Part shown: positions 18,900 through 29,000 of the stretch, piece by piece
Layout of the letters: every line of letters starts with the position of its first letter
Position numbering within the stretch: the stretch's first letter is position 1
Assembly (NCBI GenBank): GCA_016214265.1
Contig: JACROU010000045.1
Coordinates: 1,072-65,071, forward strand
From: Candidatus Omnitrophota bacterium
GTDB taxonomy: Bacteria; Omnitrophota; Omnitrophia; Omnitrophales; JACROU01
Direction: 5' to 3'
DNA: 64,000 nt
Program-made: the position numbers and the translations under genes
Notes under the pieces: model-generated
Databases searched by the model: none
The model's input: only the letters and a program-made list of their open reading frames with translations
What the model was told of the DNA's origin: nothing

Positions 18900-19721
18900 T
18901 TATCCTTCCCTGTTCAAAACAAAATCCGCGATTTCGCCGAGACGATTAGCCTTCGAACCCAATATCTTGACACTCTTTTTCGCACGTTCCGTCAAAACTC
19001 GCGCTTCATCCTGCGCTTCGTGACGCGACATAATCCGGACAAAACCATCGGAGTCGATTATATCATCCACAATCTGATACGAAAATCCCAGGCACTCACC
19101 GTAATCGGAAATTGTTTTCTCCGTTTTCTTATCCGCACCGGCCGCGATGGCACCCGTCAAGCAGCTCACTCGGATCAACTGCCCGGTTTTTGAAATATTG
19201 ACGTAGGAAATTTCCGGAAGCTGGGGACGCTTCACCAGCGAAATCTGTTTGTCCACCACCTGCCCACCGATCATGCCGTGTGATCCAACGGCGTGAGCAA
19301 TTTCTGGAACCAATCTCTGAATTAATTTTGAATTCTTCATACTGGCCAAAACGTGAAACGCCTGCGTGAGGAGAGCATCGCCCGCCAGCACGGCAATCGC
19401 CTCGCCGAATTTTTTGTGAACCGTCGGCTTCCCCCGGCGGAACATATCGTTATCCATGCACGGCAAATCATCGTGAATCAGCGAGTAGGAATGAATGAGC
19501 TCCAGCGCACACGCAGCCGGAAGCACATCTTTGATTGTTCCGCCAAGCGCTTCGGTAGCGGCAATCGCAAGAATGGGACGAAACCGCTTTCCCCCGTTCA
19601 GCACTGCATAGCGCATCGCCTGATGAATCACGGATGGATACGCCTTCGCCTCAGGCAAATAACTGTCGAGCGCCTTGTCAACAATGACTTTCTTTTCTTT
19701 GAAATATTTTTCGAGTGTCAT
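18900..19721 (-). CDS. ispA: (2E,6E)-farnesyl diphosphate synthase / polyprenyl synthetase
   Basis: First DDxxD-type motif LIHDDLPCMDNDMFRRGKPT; second DDxxD-type motif SYQIVDDIIDSDG in the C-terminal part; lies between dxs and xseB as in E. coli. Confidence 0.85.
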   Translation of the reverse strand: MTLEKYFKEKKVIVDKALDSYLPEAKAYPSVIHQAMRYAVLNGGKRFRPILAIAATEALGGTIKDVLPAACALELIHSYSLIHDDLPCMDNDMFRRGKPTVHKKFGEAIAVLAGDALLTQAFHVLASMKNSKLIQRLVPEIAHAVGSHGMIGGQVVDKQISLVKRPQLPEISYVNISKTGQLIRVSCLTGAIAAGADKKTEKTISDYGECLGFSYQIVDDIIDSDGFVRIMSRHEAQDEARVLTERAKKSVKILGSKANRLGEIADFVLNREG

Positions 19722-20035
19722 GAGAAAAGCGTCCCCTCATCGGTTTCTGATTCGGATTTACCAGGGGCTTTTTTCCGGGTTTTCTTGAGCGCACCCGTCA
19801 CCTCGTCTTCGTCCAAATCAAACGCCTCTTTTTTTATTTCACCGTTAAGTGTCTTGGTGAGAATTTCAACCTTACGCTCCGCCTGAGACAATTTTTCCAT
19901 GCACGTACGCGACAGCTTTACGCCTTCCTCATATTTCTTGATGGCATCTTCCAGCGAAATCTCGCCGCCCTCCAGCTCCGAGACGATTTTTTCGAGCCGC
20001 TCCAGCGCTTTTTCAAATTTTAGTTCTTCGGCCAT
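19718..20035 (-). CDS. xseB: exodeoxyribonuclease VII small subunit
   Basis: 105 aa; FEKALERLEKIVSELEGGEISLEDAIKKYEEGVKL is typical XseB. Confidence 0.85.
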   Translation of the reverse strand: MAEELKFEKALERLEKIVSELEGGEISLEDAIKKYEEGVKLSRTCMEKLSQAERKVEILTKTLNGEIKKEAFDLDEDEVTGALKKTRKKAPGKSESETDEGTLFS

Positions 20036-21318
20036 AAACTTCCTCCTTTGTCCACGTCGATCACTTTGGATGTAAAATTTCCTTTTCCGAGCTGAGTCAC
20101 CACGACCTCGCCGGTCTTAAGTTCTTTGGCATCGCGCACAACCTGTTTATTTTCCCGTGCCGTGATACTGTAGCCGCGCGTTAAAATGGCAAGCGGGCTG
20201 AGCGCTTCGATCTGAGCGACGATGTGGCTGAAATCCGCTTTCTTCGCGCTCATCAAACTTTTTAGATAATTTCCCAACTGGCGATTCAGGCTTTCGAGTT
20301 TCTGTCTTCCATCCTGAATCAGCCGCCCCGGATAATTCACAATTACGCGCGTTAAATCGTCGAGCCGCTGGCGGGACTGCTCGATCAAGCGTCCCGGCTG
20401 TGTCAGCGCGTAACTTTCTTTCAAATTCAACACTTGTTCTCTTCGATCCGCGACAAAATTGGTTACCGCAAGCGTCATCCGCTGACGGCTCTCGCGCATG
20501 CGCTCCAAAATCTCGGCACGGCTCGGCACCGCAAATTCCGCCGCCTGAGACGGAGTCGCAGCCCGGCGGTCCGCCACCAAATCGCTCACGGTCACATCGA
20601 TTTCGTGACCCACCGCGGAAATAATCGGAATGTGCGAATTGAAAATCGCACGCACCACAATTTCTTCGTTGAACGCCCACAAATCTTCCAGACTGCCGCC
20701 GCCACGGCCGACGATCAGCACATCGCAGAGGGCGAGCCGGTTCATATCGTCGATCGCCTTCGCGATTTCCTGAGCGGCTCCCTCGCCCTGAACTTTTACG
20801 GGATAGAGCAAAATCGGCAAATTTGGGAATCGGCGATTCGAAATATTCAAAATATCCCGTATCACGGCTCCTGTCGGCGAGGTGATGACGCCGAGCCGCT
20901 CCGGCATAAATGGCAGCGGCTTTTTGTGCGCAGGATCAAACAATCCCTCTTTGCGAAGTTTGTCGGTCAATTGCCGTAGCGCAAGCTCGAGTGCACCAAT
21001 ACCCTTCGGCTCAATTCTTTCGACCACAATTTGATATTGGCCGCGCTTGTCATAAACCGTAATTTTGCCAAGCACTAAAACTTTGAGACCATCCTTCATG
21101 TCGAAGCGAACACTTTGATTGACATTCCGGAACACAACCGCCTGAATTTGCGCATTCTCATCCTTCAAGCTCAAATACCAGTGGCCAGACATGTGCTTCA
21201 CCAGGTTGGAAACCTCACCCTCAATCCACACACCCGAGAAATTCATCTCGAGCGTCATGCGAATATCTTTGGTGAGTTCCTGAACCGTAAAAACTTTTTT
21301 CTGCGTCGCTTCGGTCAT
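20020..21318 (-). CDS. xseA: exodeoxyribonuclease VII large subunit
   Basis: 432 aa; N-terminal OB-fold (VWIEGEVSN), catalytic core, long C-terminal coiled coil; 16-nt overlap with xseB. Confidence 0.88.
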   Translation of the reverse strand: MTEATQKKVFTVQELTKDIRMTLEMNFSGVWIEGEVSNLVKHMSGHWYLSLKDENAQIQAVVFRNVNQSVRFDMKDGLKVLVLGKITVYDKRGQYQIVVERIEPKGIGALELALRQLTDKLRKEGLFDPAHKKPLPFMPERLGVITSPTGAVIRDILNISNRRFPNLPILLYPVKVQGEGAAQEIAKAIDDMNRLALCDVLIVGRGGGSLEDLWAFNEEIVVRAIFNSHIPIISAVGHEIDVTVSDLVADRRAATPSQAAEFAVPSRAEILERMRESRQRMTLAVTNFVADRREQVLNLKESYALTQPGRLIEQSRQRLDDLTRVIVNYPGRLIQDGRQKLESLNRQLGNYLKSLMSAKKADFSHIVAQIEALSPLAILTRGYSITARENKQVVRDAKELKTGEVVVTQLGKGNFTSKVIDVDKGGSLWPKN

Positions 21319-21319
21319 T

Positions 21320-22114
21320 TTATACCCTGTTTAAATATTCATGTACACGTTCGATGTGAAGCGCTTTGCCCGTTTCCATGTCAACGTCCACAATCGCGCC
21401 GGAAAGCCGGACATCCTCGGTGGCCACATCGTATTTCGAGGGAAGTCCCGTCAAAAATTTATAAAGGACCGGCTCAATTTCTCGGCCGATTACTGAATGA
21501 TAAGGCCCCGTCATCCCAACATCCGTGATGTAGGCCGTTCCCTTTGGCAATATCCGCTCGTCCGAAGTTTGAATGTGGGTGTGCGTGCCGTACACACACG
21601 AAACTTTGCCGTCCAGAAACCATCCCATCGCCACTTTTTCGGAAGTAGCTTCAGCGTGCATGTCGACGAAAATAATCGGCGTTTTATCCTTTATCTCGGA
21701 AAGGATATTACGCACGGTTTGAAACGGACAGTCCATCGGCTCCATAAAAACCCGGCCGAGCAAATTGATAATTCCGATTTGAACGCCGTGGGATTTAATA
21801 ATGTTAAATCCTACCCCTGGTGTTCCCGCCGGATAATTAGCCGGACGAATCACGCGCGCATCTTTTTGAAGCACCTCGACACTTTCCTTTTTACGGAACG
21901 TGTGGTCGCCCAAGGTAATCACATCGGAGCTAGCCTTAAATAAATCTTTGATGGTATCGGGTGTGATACTCGATCCGCCCGCAATATTCTCCCCATTCGC
22001 AATTACGAACTGAATATCTTTATCGCGGCGAAGTTCGGGAATCAATTTCAGGCAGACTTCGCGCCCCGGTTTGCCGACTATATCACCAACGATTAATACG
22101 CGGAGAGTAGACAT
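21320..22114 (-). CDS. YmdB-like metallophosphoesterase (2',3'-cyclic nucleotide phosphodiesterase family, TIGR00282-like)
   Basis: 264 aa; VLIVGDIVGKPG, GENIAGG, GDHTF, YGTHTHIQTSDERILP. Confidence 0.8.
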   Translation of the reverse strand: MSTLRVLIVGDIVGKPGREVCLKLIPELRRDKDIQFVIANGENIAGGSSITPDTIKDLFKASSDVITLGDHTFRKKESVEVLQKDARVIRPANYPAGTPGVGFNIIKSHGVQIGIINLLGRVFMEPMDCPFQTVRNILSEIKDKTPIIFVDMHAEATSEKVAMGWFLDGKVSCVYGTHTHIQTSDERILPKGTAYITDVGMTGPYHSVIGREIEPVLYKFLTGLPSKYDVATEDVRLSGAIVDVDMETGKALHIERVHEYLNRV

Positions 22115-22122
22115 TTATTTCC

Positions 22123-22686
22123 TCAATTATGAACAACCAAATCCAGCTTCACATCATGCGGCTCAACGGGAATTTCCTCTGCCAGCTGAACGTCAAACGC
22201 CAGTCCCACCGTCGCTACTTTTGAATTTAATTTCGAAAGAAACTGATCGTAATAACCTTTTCCGCGCCCCAGCCTGAAATTTTTTTTGTCAAACGCCAGT
22301 CCGGGAACAATCACCATATCCAGATCATGAGGAGGAAATGGCGAACTCCATCCATCGGGTTCCATAATCCCGTACTTGCCCGGCTTCATCTTGCCCGGCG
22401 CAATCAATTCGGCAGAAATCATCTCACCGGTCTGTTCGAGAACAACCGGGAGCAAAACATGTTTTTTTTCCTGAAAGGCACTTTTGATAATGTGGCGCGT
22501 GTCAACCTCTTCATCCATCGCTACGTAAAGCATTACGGCTTTGGCTTTTCGATATGCCGGAAGGTCGAAAACGAGATCGGAAATGATCCTGCTTTTCTCA
22601 CGCCTTTCTTCCAACGATTGATGGCGCAAGCGCTTACGGTATTGATCTCTGAGTAACTGTTTATCCTTGAGGATTTGAGCTTTCAT
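22123..22686 (-). CDS. 5-formyltetrahydrofolate cyclo-ligase
   Basis: MTHFS family motifs VVLEQTGEMISAELIAP, FDKKNFRLGRGKGYYD. Start placed at MKAQILK; the longer track start would run into the 22745-22791 hairpin. Confidence 0.78.
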   Translation of the reverse strand: MKAQILKDKQLLRDQYRKRLRHQSLEERREKSRIISDLVFDLPAYRKAKAVMLYVAMDEEVDTRHIIKSAFQEKKHVLLPVVLEQTGEMISAELIAPGKMKPGKYGIMEPDGWSSPFPPHDLDMVIVPGLAFDKKNFRLGRGKGYYDQFLSKLNSKVATVGLAFDVQLAEEIPVEPHDVKLDLVVHN

Positions 22687-22744
22687 AAAAGAAAAGTATT
22701 TTATAGGAGAAAAGGGCCTCTTCCAAGCGGTAAAAGGTGCTCTG

Positions 22745-22791
22745 CCGGAGGTAGCCGCTACCTTGATTTTAAAGGTAGCGGCTACCTCCGG
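22745..22791. repeat. perfect 20-bp inverted repeat (hairpin) ccggaggtagccgctacctt-gatttta-aaggtagcggctacctccgg
   Basis: Arms at 22745-22764 and 22772-22791 are exact reverse complements; extendable by g-c/t-g at 22743-44 / 22792-93. No U-run on either strand. Confidence 0.6.
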
Positions 22792-22801
22792 CGATCCAGC
22801 G

Positions 22802-23791
22802 CTAATCAACATCGATAAGAAGTGGGTCGATAGCCTTCATCAAGACCCAGCTGTCATTCACCTCTCCGAAATGATCCTTGGTGGTGTGATACACATCGGC
22901 ATGTACGTTAACACCGGGAACCAGGTTCAGATCTTGACTGTGAATTTTCACAATGCCATCCGAAAATTCAGATTGTTCGCGCGTGGCAATAATCGGGTCA
23001 CCGCTACCGATCACACAGTCATAAATAATCTGTCGATCCGGAAGCGGCCGCGCTTTAAAATTATTCAGTCCGGTAATTTCATCCCCCACATAACCGTTCG
23101 CATTCACATCCTTGCTTCGGAAATGATTCGGCGAATTATTTTCGTTGCCTCCGGAAAGGTAAATACTGCGCGGACGCAAATCCCGGACCGCGGCACTTTT
23201 AGTGTCAACATCCCAAACCAAATCGCGAATCACTTTTGGAATAATTACAAATTCTATTTTTTTGAGTTCAAAATTGCTACCTTGATGCGGTGTTCCTACT
23301 GAAATAAAACCGGCCGCATCATTTTGATAATACGGCGATTGAAGATATTCTCGCGCGGCCAGGCCGCCCATGCTGTGGCCCACTAAAATCACGTGATCGG
23401 TGGCATTGGCTTTTTTAACCGCGGCGACAACGGCTGCGAGTTCCTTACCCTGTTCAACGATCGGAATTTGAGTTCCCGAAAAAGTCATCGTGTAAATGTG
23501 TCCGGGCTTGATCCGTCGGGGATGAAGAATGGGATTGGCGGGATCACGCGAATCACGGCTCACCGTAATGATGCCCCGGTCTTTCCAGCCCAAACGCCGC
23601 AGCTCCTTAAACATCTGGCTTTTTTCCCAGAAGGTTCCGGTATATCCCAATCCTGGAATAAAAATAACGGGATACGATGGAAGCATATATCCTTGAGAGA
23701 TACCGTGCCGCACGTATTCCTTGTCCAGGGATGCGTTGCATCCGGAAAACATGAAACTGACTACAGCAATCAGAACAAAAAATTTCCTCAT
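22802..23791 (-). CDS. secreted lipoprotein, alpha/beta-hydrolase (lipase/esterase) fold
   Basis: Lipobox MRKFFVLIAVVSFMFSGC; nucleophile elbow ILVGHSMGGLAAREY. Track start 23854 overlaps tRNA-Arg, so the internal Met at 23791 is used. Confidence 0.7.
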   Translation of the reverse strand: MRKFFVLIAVVSFMFSGCNASLDKEYVRHGISQGYMLPSYPVIFIPGLGYTGTFWEKSQMFKELRRLGWKDRGIITVSRDSRDPANPILHPRRIKPGHIYTMTFSGTQIPIVEQGKELAAVVAAVKKANATDHVILVGHSMGGLAAREYLQSPYYQNDAAGFISVGTPHQGSNFELKKIEFVIIPKVIRDLVWDVDTKSAAVRDLRPRSIYLSGGNENNSPNHFRSKDVNANGYVGDEITGLNNFKARPLPDRQIIYDCVIGSGDPIIATREQSEFSDGIVKIHSQDLNLVPGVNVHADVYHTTKDHFGEVNDSWVLMKAIDPLLIDVD

Positions 23792-23821
23792 CGTATCGCC
23801 CCTATCTTTGTCATCAAAATA

Positions 23822-23898
23822 TGGTGCCCTCGGGCCGAGTCGAACGGCCGACATCCTCCTTAGGAGTGAGGTGCTCTATCCATCTGAGCTACGAGGGC
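23822..23898 (-). tRNA. tRNA-Arg (anticodon CCU), CCA encoded
   Basis: Revcomp GCCCUCGUAGCUCAGAUGGAUAGAGCACCUCACUCCUAAGGAGGAUGUCGGCCGUUCGACUCGGCCCGAGGGCACCA: 7-bp acceptor stem, D-arm GCUC/GAGC, anticodon loop CUCCUAA, T-arm GGCCG-UUCGACU-CGGCC. Confidence 0.85.
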
Positions 23899-23916
23899 AT
23901 AATAAAACACAAATGA

Positions 23917-24543
23917 TTAATTAGCTTTTTGAGTTTCGGGAAATTTTTCCATAATGGTATTAATTGATTTGGCTACTTTCTTTTCTTCGATCTGAATCAC
24001 TGGGGAATCCAGCTCAACATTTTTAATACCGGTAGCACGCCATACGGAAGTTTTTGTCTTACGATCATAAAAATCAAGAATAAACTTGCCTTCACTGTAG
24101 TACGAAGTATAAGCACGGTCATCCCAGACTGAAGCGGGAATACTTCTGACGTTGCCAAACTGATTTATTCTTACCCGGGCGCCAAAATATTCCTGTTTGT
24201 GTCCGAACCCCGCCTTCGACACGCTTTCCTTTTGCTCGATACTTCCCGTGTAAACCACTACTAAATCAGCTTCCTCAAATGGAACCTCACTATATCCCTT
24301 GGCAATTAAATCTTTATTAACCGCCTCTGTGATCACTCGATACATGCCCTCATGCGGCTGCTTTTTCAAATGCTTCATCCAGAGATCCTGAGGCAGCCAG
24401 GCAAACGTTTTGTACTGATTAAAATCTTTCTCCGTATCTTTATTGATAGACACTTCAAGATCGGCAAAGCTGATATCGGAAAAACCAGAAAAAATACACG
24501 CAACCAAAAAACCAATAATGATTTTTTTATACATAATTTTCAT
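23917..24543 (-). CDS. hypothetical secreted protein
   Basis: 208 aa with signal peptide MKIMYKKIIIGFLVACIFSGFS...A; no recognisable catalytic motif. Confidence 0.55.
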   Translation of the reverse strand: MKIMYKKIIIGFLVACIFSGFSDISFADLEVSINKDTEKDFNQYKTFAWLPQDLWMKHLKKQPHEGMYRVITEAVNKDLIAKGYSEVPFEEADLVVVYTGSIEQKESVSKAGFGHKQEYFGARVRINQFGNVRSIPASVWDDRAYTSYYSEGKFILDFYDRKTKTSVWRATGIKNVELDSPVIQIEEKKVAKSINTIMEKFPETQKAN

Positions 24544-25450
24544 TGCCTTTTTTTAAAAACAACATTGGACTAAATCGTGACAATAACCACGCCGCTAAAA
24601 AGGTGATGACAACACCAACGAATCCTGCCAACGCTCCGGAAAGAAGCTCATTCTGTATTAATGGAATTGCGTATCCAGTAAAAGGACTCAAAAAGGCGGG
24701 CGCGGAGGCGGGAATGAATTGATATTTCTCAGCAACCCACATTAAACCGTCAGGAAAGCGGGAGGCAAAAGGACTTAACATCCCCCCGATCACGATAGCA
24801 CTCAGAAATGGACTGCTAACTATCCCTATTGAAGATCTTTTCGCCGCGTTTACGGAAAAAAGATGATAGGCCAGAATAGTCATTAATCCTTCCCCAATTC
24901 CAATAACAGCATGGGTGCTTATCATCGCGCCCGCAATTTTAGAAAAAGGAATTGTTCCGGAAAATGCCAACTCCAAACTACAAGCAAACGCCGCCAGCAT
25001 TACAGAAAACCAAGCCGCTAAACCTATCATCATGGAATCAAACAACGATTGAGAAAATTTGGGGGGCAGCGCTTTATAGAGAAAGCCACCGAAGGCGGCG
25101 CCGATCAAAGCCATATTCAAAATGTTAGCGCCTAAAACTGAAAATCCACCATCGGAGAACACCAAACATTGAACCAGGAGCACCAGAGCCGCTGCCAAAA
25201 CACCGAAAGGAATGCCAAGCAAAGCAGTCGCAAGCACGCCTCCAAGAAAATGTCCGGAAGTACCGTTCTGAACAGGAAAATTCATCATTTGAGCGGCAAA
25301 AATAAAAGCGGAAACCGACGCAAAGCGAAGCACACTGGGTTTGTCTTTAAATTTCATTGCCGCCAGCGTTAGCCCTCCAACACCTAGCACACTCACAGCA
25401 GCCGTAACGGGACAAATTGCCCCTCCCATCATAGAATTAGGAATATGCAT
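24527..25450 (-). CDS. CbiM/NikM-family ECF transporter substrate-capture component with C-terminal PDGLE domain
   Basis: N-terminus MHIPNSMMGG (CbiM-type MHIPDG-like), about 7 TM helices; C-terminal FPDGLMWVAEKYQF is a PDGLE-like motif. No adjacent CbiQ/CbiO. Confidence 0.7.
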   Translation of the reverse strand: MHIPNSMMGGAICPVTAAVSVLGVGGLTLAAMKFKDKPSVLRFASVSAFIFAAQMMNFPVQNGTSGHFLGGVLATALLGIPFGVLAAALVLLVQCLVFSDGGFSVLGANILNMALIGAAFGGFLYKALPPKFSQSLFDSMMIGLAAWFSVMLAAFACSLELAFSGTIPFSKIAGAMISTHAVIGIGEGLMTILAYHLFSVNAAKRSSIGIVSSPFLSAIVIGGMLSPFASRFPDGLMWVAEKYQFIPASAPAFLSPFTGYAIPLIQNELLSGALAGFVGVVITFLAAWLLSRFSPMLFLKKGNENYV

Positions 25451-25515
25451 AATTGTTTCTCCTATTTTGGATACGTCTATAATCAGCTTGAACTAAATGA
25501 CGAATTAAAGGAACG

Positions 25516-25950
25516 TCATTCAATAGGATTACCTGCAGCATTATTAAAACGAACAACCCCTGTTTCATCAACAAAAAAAGTATTCACTCCTGTAACGTTC
25601 GCGGTGACTGGAGCTGCCGTGCATGTAAATTGATTCGCATTCACTAAGGTATAAGTAAATGTATACCCCTGTTTCGTTCCGCCAGCCAAAACCGCATCGA
25701 TATAAGGCGGAGTTGCAGCTGAAAGCGCGACCAAATTCGCCGGATAAGTCGGCGGATTCTGCGTCATTCGAAAACTTTCACAACCCGTACTAATCGTTCG
25801 AAGAGAAGATTTCGCAGTTGATTCGTTCGCCCCCACTCTGGCCCGCAGCAAAACAGGAAACGAAATTGCCACCAGCAGCCCCAGAACACCGGCAACAATC
25901 ATGATTTCAACGAGTGTAAATCCTTTTTTCGAAACTAATTGAGATATCAT
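25516..25950 (-). CDS. type IV pilin / pseudopilin-like protein (prepilin N-terminal methylation motif)
   Basis: KKGFTLVEIMIVAGVLGLLVAISFP class-III signal, about 120-aa globular part. Confidence 0.75.
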   Translation of the reverse strand: MISQLVSKKGFTLVEIMIVAGVLGLLVAISFPVLLRARVGANESTAKSSLRTISTGCESFRMTQNPPTYPANLVALSAATPPYIDAVLAGGTKQGYTFTYTLVNANQFTCTAAPVTANVTGVNTFFVDETGVVRFNNAAGNPIE

Positions 25951-26037
25951 TATAGTCTCCCCACCGGGGGGTCTCCCACCGATATAAATATTATCATTAA
26001 GAGGGCCAAACGGTTGGAAATAGATGGTAGCGGAGGT

Positions 26038-26060
26038 AGGGGCATAGCTACGCTATGCCC
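26038..26060. repeat. hairpin ggggcatagc-tac-gctatgcccc downstream of the 2508-aa gene
   Basis: 10-bp perfect stem; no flanking U-run in the minus orientation. Confidence 0.4.
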
Positions 26061-26070
26061 CTAAAAAATA

Positions 26071-29000
26071 TTATTCTGATTCCTCGGCGGATCTGAATGT
26101 TTTTACTGCAGTATCTGCTTCTGGTGCTGAAATAGTGACCCGGCCTTTTGAAAACGAATTAGCACGAAGTGAATTTGCAATATTTTTTCGAAGTGAAGCA
26201 TCGTGCTTCTTGAGTGGACTTTGAGTCACATCCCGGAATACCCGGTTGATAATTAAGCCGCCGCGCGGCTCGTCAAGATCGGCCGGCAGGACAAGTTCAT
26301 TTTGTTCCAACGTCGCTCCGACCACGCCTTCGAACGCCTGACGCAGCATCCAGCCGGCAGCTCCGGTATAGCCGTGCCAGATCATGCGTCCCTGATCAAA
26401 GTTGGTCAGAATGTCCGCAGATTGTTTGTTCGGCTGTCCGCCATAAATTTCAATCTCCTGTGGAACCACGTGAGAAATCGGCGAGATTTTCAACCAAAGC
26501 CGGTAGGCAATCTCGCGATACTCTTTAGCTTTCGCCTCGTTACCCTGACTTTGGAATTGTTCGGACAGAATGCGTGCCGCACGAACCAGCCACTGAACGC
26601 CGTGGCAATACATTCCGTTTTCACGAACGCCTTCCGGATATTTACTGCTTCTGCCTAGATAAGGCTTTGTGTCTTCCCGAAGCGCCGGCCATCCGAGCAA
26701 AATAGCATTTTCTTTTTCGAGCACGGAGAGCGCGGTATTAAAAACGGTGAGCGCACGCTCTTGATTGATGCCTGCCATCACGGCCCATGCCGCTGTGAGG
26801 GCGTCAATTTCCCAAACACCGCTTCCCTTAATACCGATTTCGGTACCATCATCGTGAAAAGCGCGCAAATACCGGTCTTCCCTCCACGTTTTTTCAAGCG
26901 CCTCGCCGAGAGCCGTCATTTTCTTTTGATAATGCTCTTTGCGTTTCGCGCCGTCTTTTTTTTCGATAATATCGAGCATATTTTTCAGGATGTAGTACAC
27001 GAAAAATCCCAGCCAAATACTTTCTCCTTTGCCTTCACTGCCGATCTCATCCAATCCATCATTCCAGTCGCCGGTTTGAATCAGCGGAAGACCATTTTTC
27101 CCCGTGCGTTTTTCGAGCACAAGATCCAATGACCGCAAACAGTGGCGATACACAGAATCGGACCGGGTTGACCGGTGATAAATATGTCCCCAGCCGCCCT
27201 TGTTTTTGGGCAGTGGTGCATAAGGAAATTCCGCAGAAACGTAAGACGTCACTTCATCGAGAATGGAATGATCTCCAGTGGCCCGAACATACTCGACCGC
27301 GCCCCAAGCCAGCCAAACAGGATTGTCTGAGGCTTGCGACCGGCAGGAAAACGCCGTACGTCCATCGGTGAGCGTGAAAAACCAGTGATACACATCCCCC
27401 TCGTAAAACTGATGGGAAGCATGAAGAATAATCTGTTTTCGGGCCAGCGCCGGATCCACCCAAATTAAATTCACGGTATCCTGCAACTGATCGCGGAAAC
27501 CATACGCTCCGCTAGTTTGATAGAAACCACGGCGCGCCCAAACACGTTCTGCGATAGCCTGATATTTGAGCCAGTTTTGCAAATGATCAAATTCCGGATT
27601 GTTGGTGTTAATTTCAGCCGTTTTAATGAGGCTGAGCCACCAATTACGCGTCTCTTCAAGACTATTTTGAACATTCTGAATATTTTTGTACTTCTGAACA
27701 ATCTGACGCGCTTCTTTCTTGTCATCAGCCTGTCCCAAAATCACGGAGATCGTGCATTCCCCATGAGCGGGAATTTCCACGCTTCCCAGAAAACCGGCGA
27801 TCTGTCGGATGTCAGTATACTGCGCAATATCCGGCCGGCCTTCTTCGACAAAAAATGGACGCGTAACGCCACGGCCGGAACCAAAAAACCGCCCGCGTAA
27901 AGTTTCCACGCATTTCGCCGGAATCGACATGGAGGCAAACGCCCAGCCGGAGCGGAAAATATTGCGCGGATTTTCAAAATAAAGCGCTCCCGAAATTTTG
28001 TCATGTTCCACCGGCAAATTCCCTGCTCGTTCCGGCTGGAAGGATAGCACCATCTGAAAATAAGGGGCCACGCGCATCCGCCTCGATTTATCCGAAGTGT
28101 TTTTTACGGTTAACAAATACACTCCTGTTGGTTCCGTAGGAGGAACAAACACGGTCAACTCCGTCGAAAGCGAACCATCGGTCATACGGAAAACGGCCGT
28201 TCCATCAACACCGAATTCGGATTCGTGCTTCGCGGTTGTTTTGTTCAGCGGATGATACGTAGGCGAAAACCATTCATTGCTGTCCGGATCGTAAAGATAA
28301 ATAGCTTCCGCTGGAATTTCTTTCGTCACTGTATCCGGCCAATCAGGTGTCAGTCGATTCTGCTGTGAGTTGCCGTTACACGAAGTGTGCAATCCGCGGT
28401 TCGTCACCATCACCGAATGAATTTCATTCGACATCGCGTGATCATACGGTCGCGGCGTAAACGGTGTATGCACCAGCAGTTTTCTTCCCTGGTCGATGTA
28501 TTCGGAATAAGGTTGCGGGGTTCCGGGCGGAATTTCACCGTGACCGATCAGCGGGAATTTCTTTTTCACCGGGGCACCAGACAGAGTTCTATCCACATGG
28601 GGCTTCAAATGTTTCTGAATCAAATCAAGAGCGGCTTCTTTATTTTTCGCATAGCCGACCATCAACCGGACGGACTTGGAAGCTCTTGCCTCTACGGTCA
28701 CGCCCAGCATCAAACTGCCAATCGGGTCAAATGTCGGATACGGAGCGGTATCGCGAGATTCCAAAAAGTCGAAGGTCTCGAAAATTCTTGGTTCCCAAAT
28801 ACTGCGGGCACGGCCAATAAAATCCATGCGGGAAGTGAGAAAACCTTCCGGAGCAATATCCGCCGCCAAAATACCGATAGATTTCGTCCCCTTTTGCCAC
28901 GCCAGGACGGCATTGGCTTTACTGACATATTCCATTTCGGGGAACAGCCGGGAGTACTGCGTGTGGAAACGGTCATGAATGCCACCTTGCAACACCCACT

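Noticed and set aside
20147-20680. 177-aa minus-strand ORF in an alternative frame inside xseA
   Set aside because: Overlaps xseA in another frame; Arg/Gly-rich nonsense composition.
22687-22812. Longer N-terminal extension of the MTHFS ORF (track start at 22812)
   Set aside because: The extension would translate through the 22-bp perfect hairpin and has no similarity to MTHFS; the internal MKAQILK start matches the family N-terminus.
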